Origin: Chiloscyllium plagiosum
Taxonomy: Eukaryota
DNA: 64,000 bases
Assembly (NCBI RefSeq): GCF_004010195.1
Contig: NC_057718.1
Span: forward strand, 66,990,732 to 67,054,731
Reading direction: 5' to 3'
The notes beneath the pieces were generated by a model, which was given only the letters and a program-made list of their open reading frames with translations, was not told the origin of the DNA and ran no database searches. Both the position numbers and the translations under genes were made by a program. Positions 62,162 through 64,000 of the stretch are shown piece by piece (within the stretch, counting starts at the first letter, position 1; the number at the start of each line of letters is the position of its first letter).

Positions 62162-64000
62162 CCTGAATCTCATGAAACCTAACTTTACCAATTAGTCTAC
62201 GATGTGGAACCTTGCCAAAGGCTTTACTAAAATCCAAATTAATGTCTACTGCTATCCCATCAGCAATCTTTTTGGTTACTTGCTCAAAAAACTCAATCGA
62301 GTTTGTGAGACATGGTTTTCTTCACACAAAACCATGCTGACTACCCTTACTCAATTTTTGTCGCTGTGTAAATATCCATAAATCCTATCTCGTATAATCA
62401 CCTCCAACAGTTTACCCACAACTGAAGTCAGAATCACAGGTCTTTGGTTTCCCAGTTTCTCCTTACAAACTTTGTTAAACAAAGGCACAACATTAGCCAC
62501 CCTCCAGTCATCAGGCACCTCACTCATGGTTATAGATAATGCAAATATTTCTGCAAGGAGTCTTGTAATTTCCTCTCTGGGATACATTAGATCAGGTCCA
62601 GGAGATTTACCCACCTTCATATTCTCTCAGACCTCCCGAACTTCCTCTTCTATAATGTGAACTGTTTTTAAAACATCAATGTTTAGTTCTCTGCATTCAT
62701 TAGATTCCATTTCTTTCTCCACAGTAAAAACTGACGCAAAATATTCAATTAGTATTTCTCCCATCTCCTGGGGTTCAACATAAATATGACCTCCTTGATC
62801 TTTCAGAGGCCCTACCCTCTCTCTAGTTACCCTCTTGCTCTTAATGTATTTGTAGAGTCCCTTTGGATTATCCTTAACCTTATCTGCCACAGCTATCTCA
62901 TATTCCCTCTTTGCCTTCCTGATTTCTCTCTTAAGAATGCACCTACACTCTTCATATTGATTAAGAGATTCGACAAAACCAAGCTGTCTATCCTAAAATA
63001 AAATTCTTTTATGCTTGACTAGAACCTCAATACCTCTATTCATCCATTGTTCCTTAATCTTACAATCCTTACCTTTCAGTCTAACAGGAAGACAATGCCT
63101 CTGAACTCTCATCATCACACTCTTGAATGCCTCCCATTTGTCAGATGTCCTTTTACCTGCAACAGTGTAATCAAATCAACTTCTGAAAGTTTCTGTCATC
63201 TGATTAAAACTTTAACTTTTTTGAAAGGCTTATCCTTTTCCATAAGCATTTTGAAACGAATAGAATTATGATTGCTAGACCCAAAGTGCTCCCCCACTTT
63301 TACTTCAGTCACCTGCACTGCCTTATTGCCCAAAAGAAGGTCTAATTTGCTCCTTCTCTAGTGAGAGCATTCACATATCATATTGATAAAGAAATTTTTC
63401 TTGAGCATATTTGACAAATCCTTCACCATCCAAACCTTTGACACTATGGTAGCTCCAGTCAATGTTTGGAAAATTAAAATCCCCCATTATTACAACCTTT
63501 TTATGCTTACACACATCTGAGATCTCCCTACATATTTGTTTGTCAATTTCCCTCTTACTACTGGGGGACCTTTTGTATAATCCCATCAAAATGATCTTTC
63601 CTTTCTTATTTGTAATTTCTACCCATGTATTTTCACTGGATGATTTTTCAGAAATATTTTCCCAAGTTATATCAGTAATGTATTCCTTAATCAAAAAAGC
63701 CATCCCCCATCTTTTCTTGCCTTCTTTTCTGTCCTTCCTATAGCATATAAAACCTGGAATGTGGAGCTGCCAGTCTTGTCCATCTCTCAGCCAGGTTTCT
63801 GTAATAGCTATGACGTCCCAATCCCATGTTCTTAAACATGCCCTGAGTTCATCAGCCTTATCTGTAAGATCCCTTGCATTGAAATAAATGCAGTTTAGCT
63901 TTTCAGAGTTACTACGTACTCTGACTCTCTCTTGTCCTTCTTTTCTAATTGATGGGCTTTCCTCACGTCAGAATCTTCTCCATCAATCCTTCTGTTTACA

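Larger units (their letters stand above)
60753..63900 (-). mobile_element. CR1 with nearly the whole ORF2, decayed
   Basis: IMGDFNFPNIDW, KDNPKGLYKY, PDDWRVANVVPLF, SKFVD, ERVQKRFTRM; tail agagtcatagag at ~60755; ORF2 start (CIYFNAR) near 63890. Confidence 0.92.

Overview
Eukaryotic, repeat-dominated intergenic or intronic DNA, most likely from a cartilaginous fish (shark). The taxon is inferred from HE1-type SINEs, CR1/HER1-type LINEs sharing the HE1 tail, and a Deu-domain SINE. No intact host protein-coding gene can be supported; nearly all track ORFs are fragments or antisense shadows of decayed retroelements. Well over half of the window is layered mobile DNA: many CR1 LINEs (one near full length with an SGNH-esterase ORF1), a second CR1/L2-group LINE family, Rex1/Babar fragments, six HE1 SINE copies plus one 3' half, Penelope-like elements (PLEs) of two clades, Tigger-like MITEs and fossils of both PIF/Harbinger genes (HARBI1-like transposase, Myb/SANT protein). 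There is a 744-N assembly gap. The most interesting signals are: (i) about ten minimal hammerhead-ribozyme motifs in PLE terminal repeats and in tiny (45-260 bp) PLE-derived inserts, several TSD-flanked, including a hairpin-shaped one and a nested pair; (ii) a near-perfect 294-bp local duplication of unique DNA holding an exon-like/enhancer-like segment; (iii) an octamer/Sox motif cluster in repeat-poor DNA; (iv) a cryptic 35-bp minisatellite. Boundaries were set by eye and may be off by tens of bp; family names rest on motif recall, not database searches.
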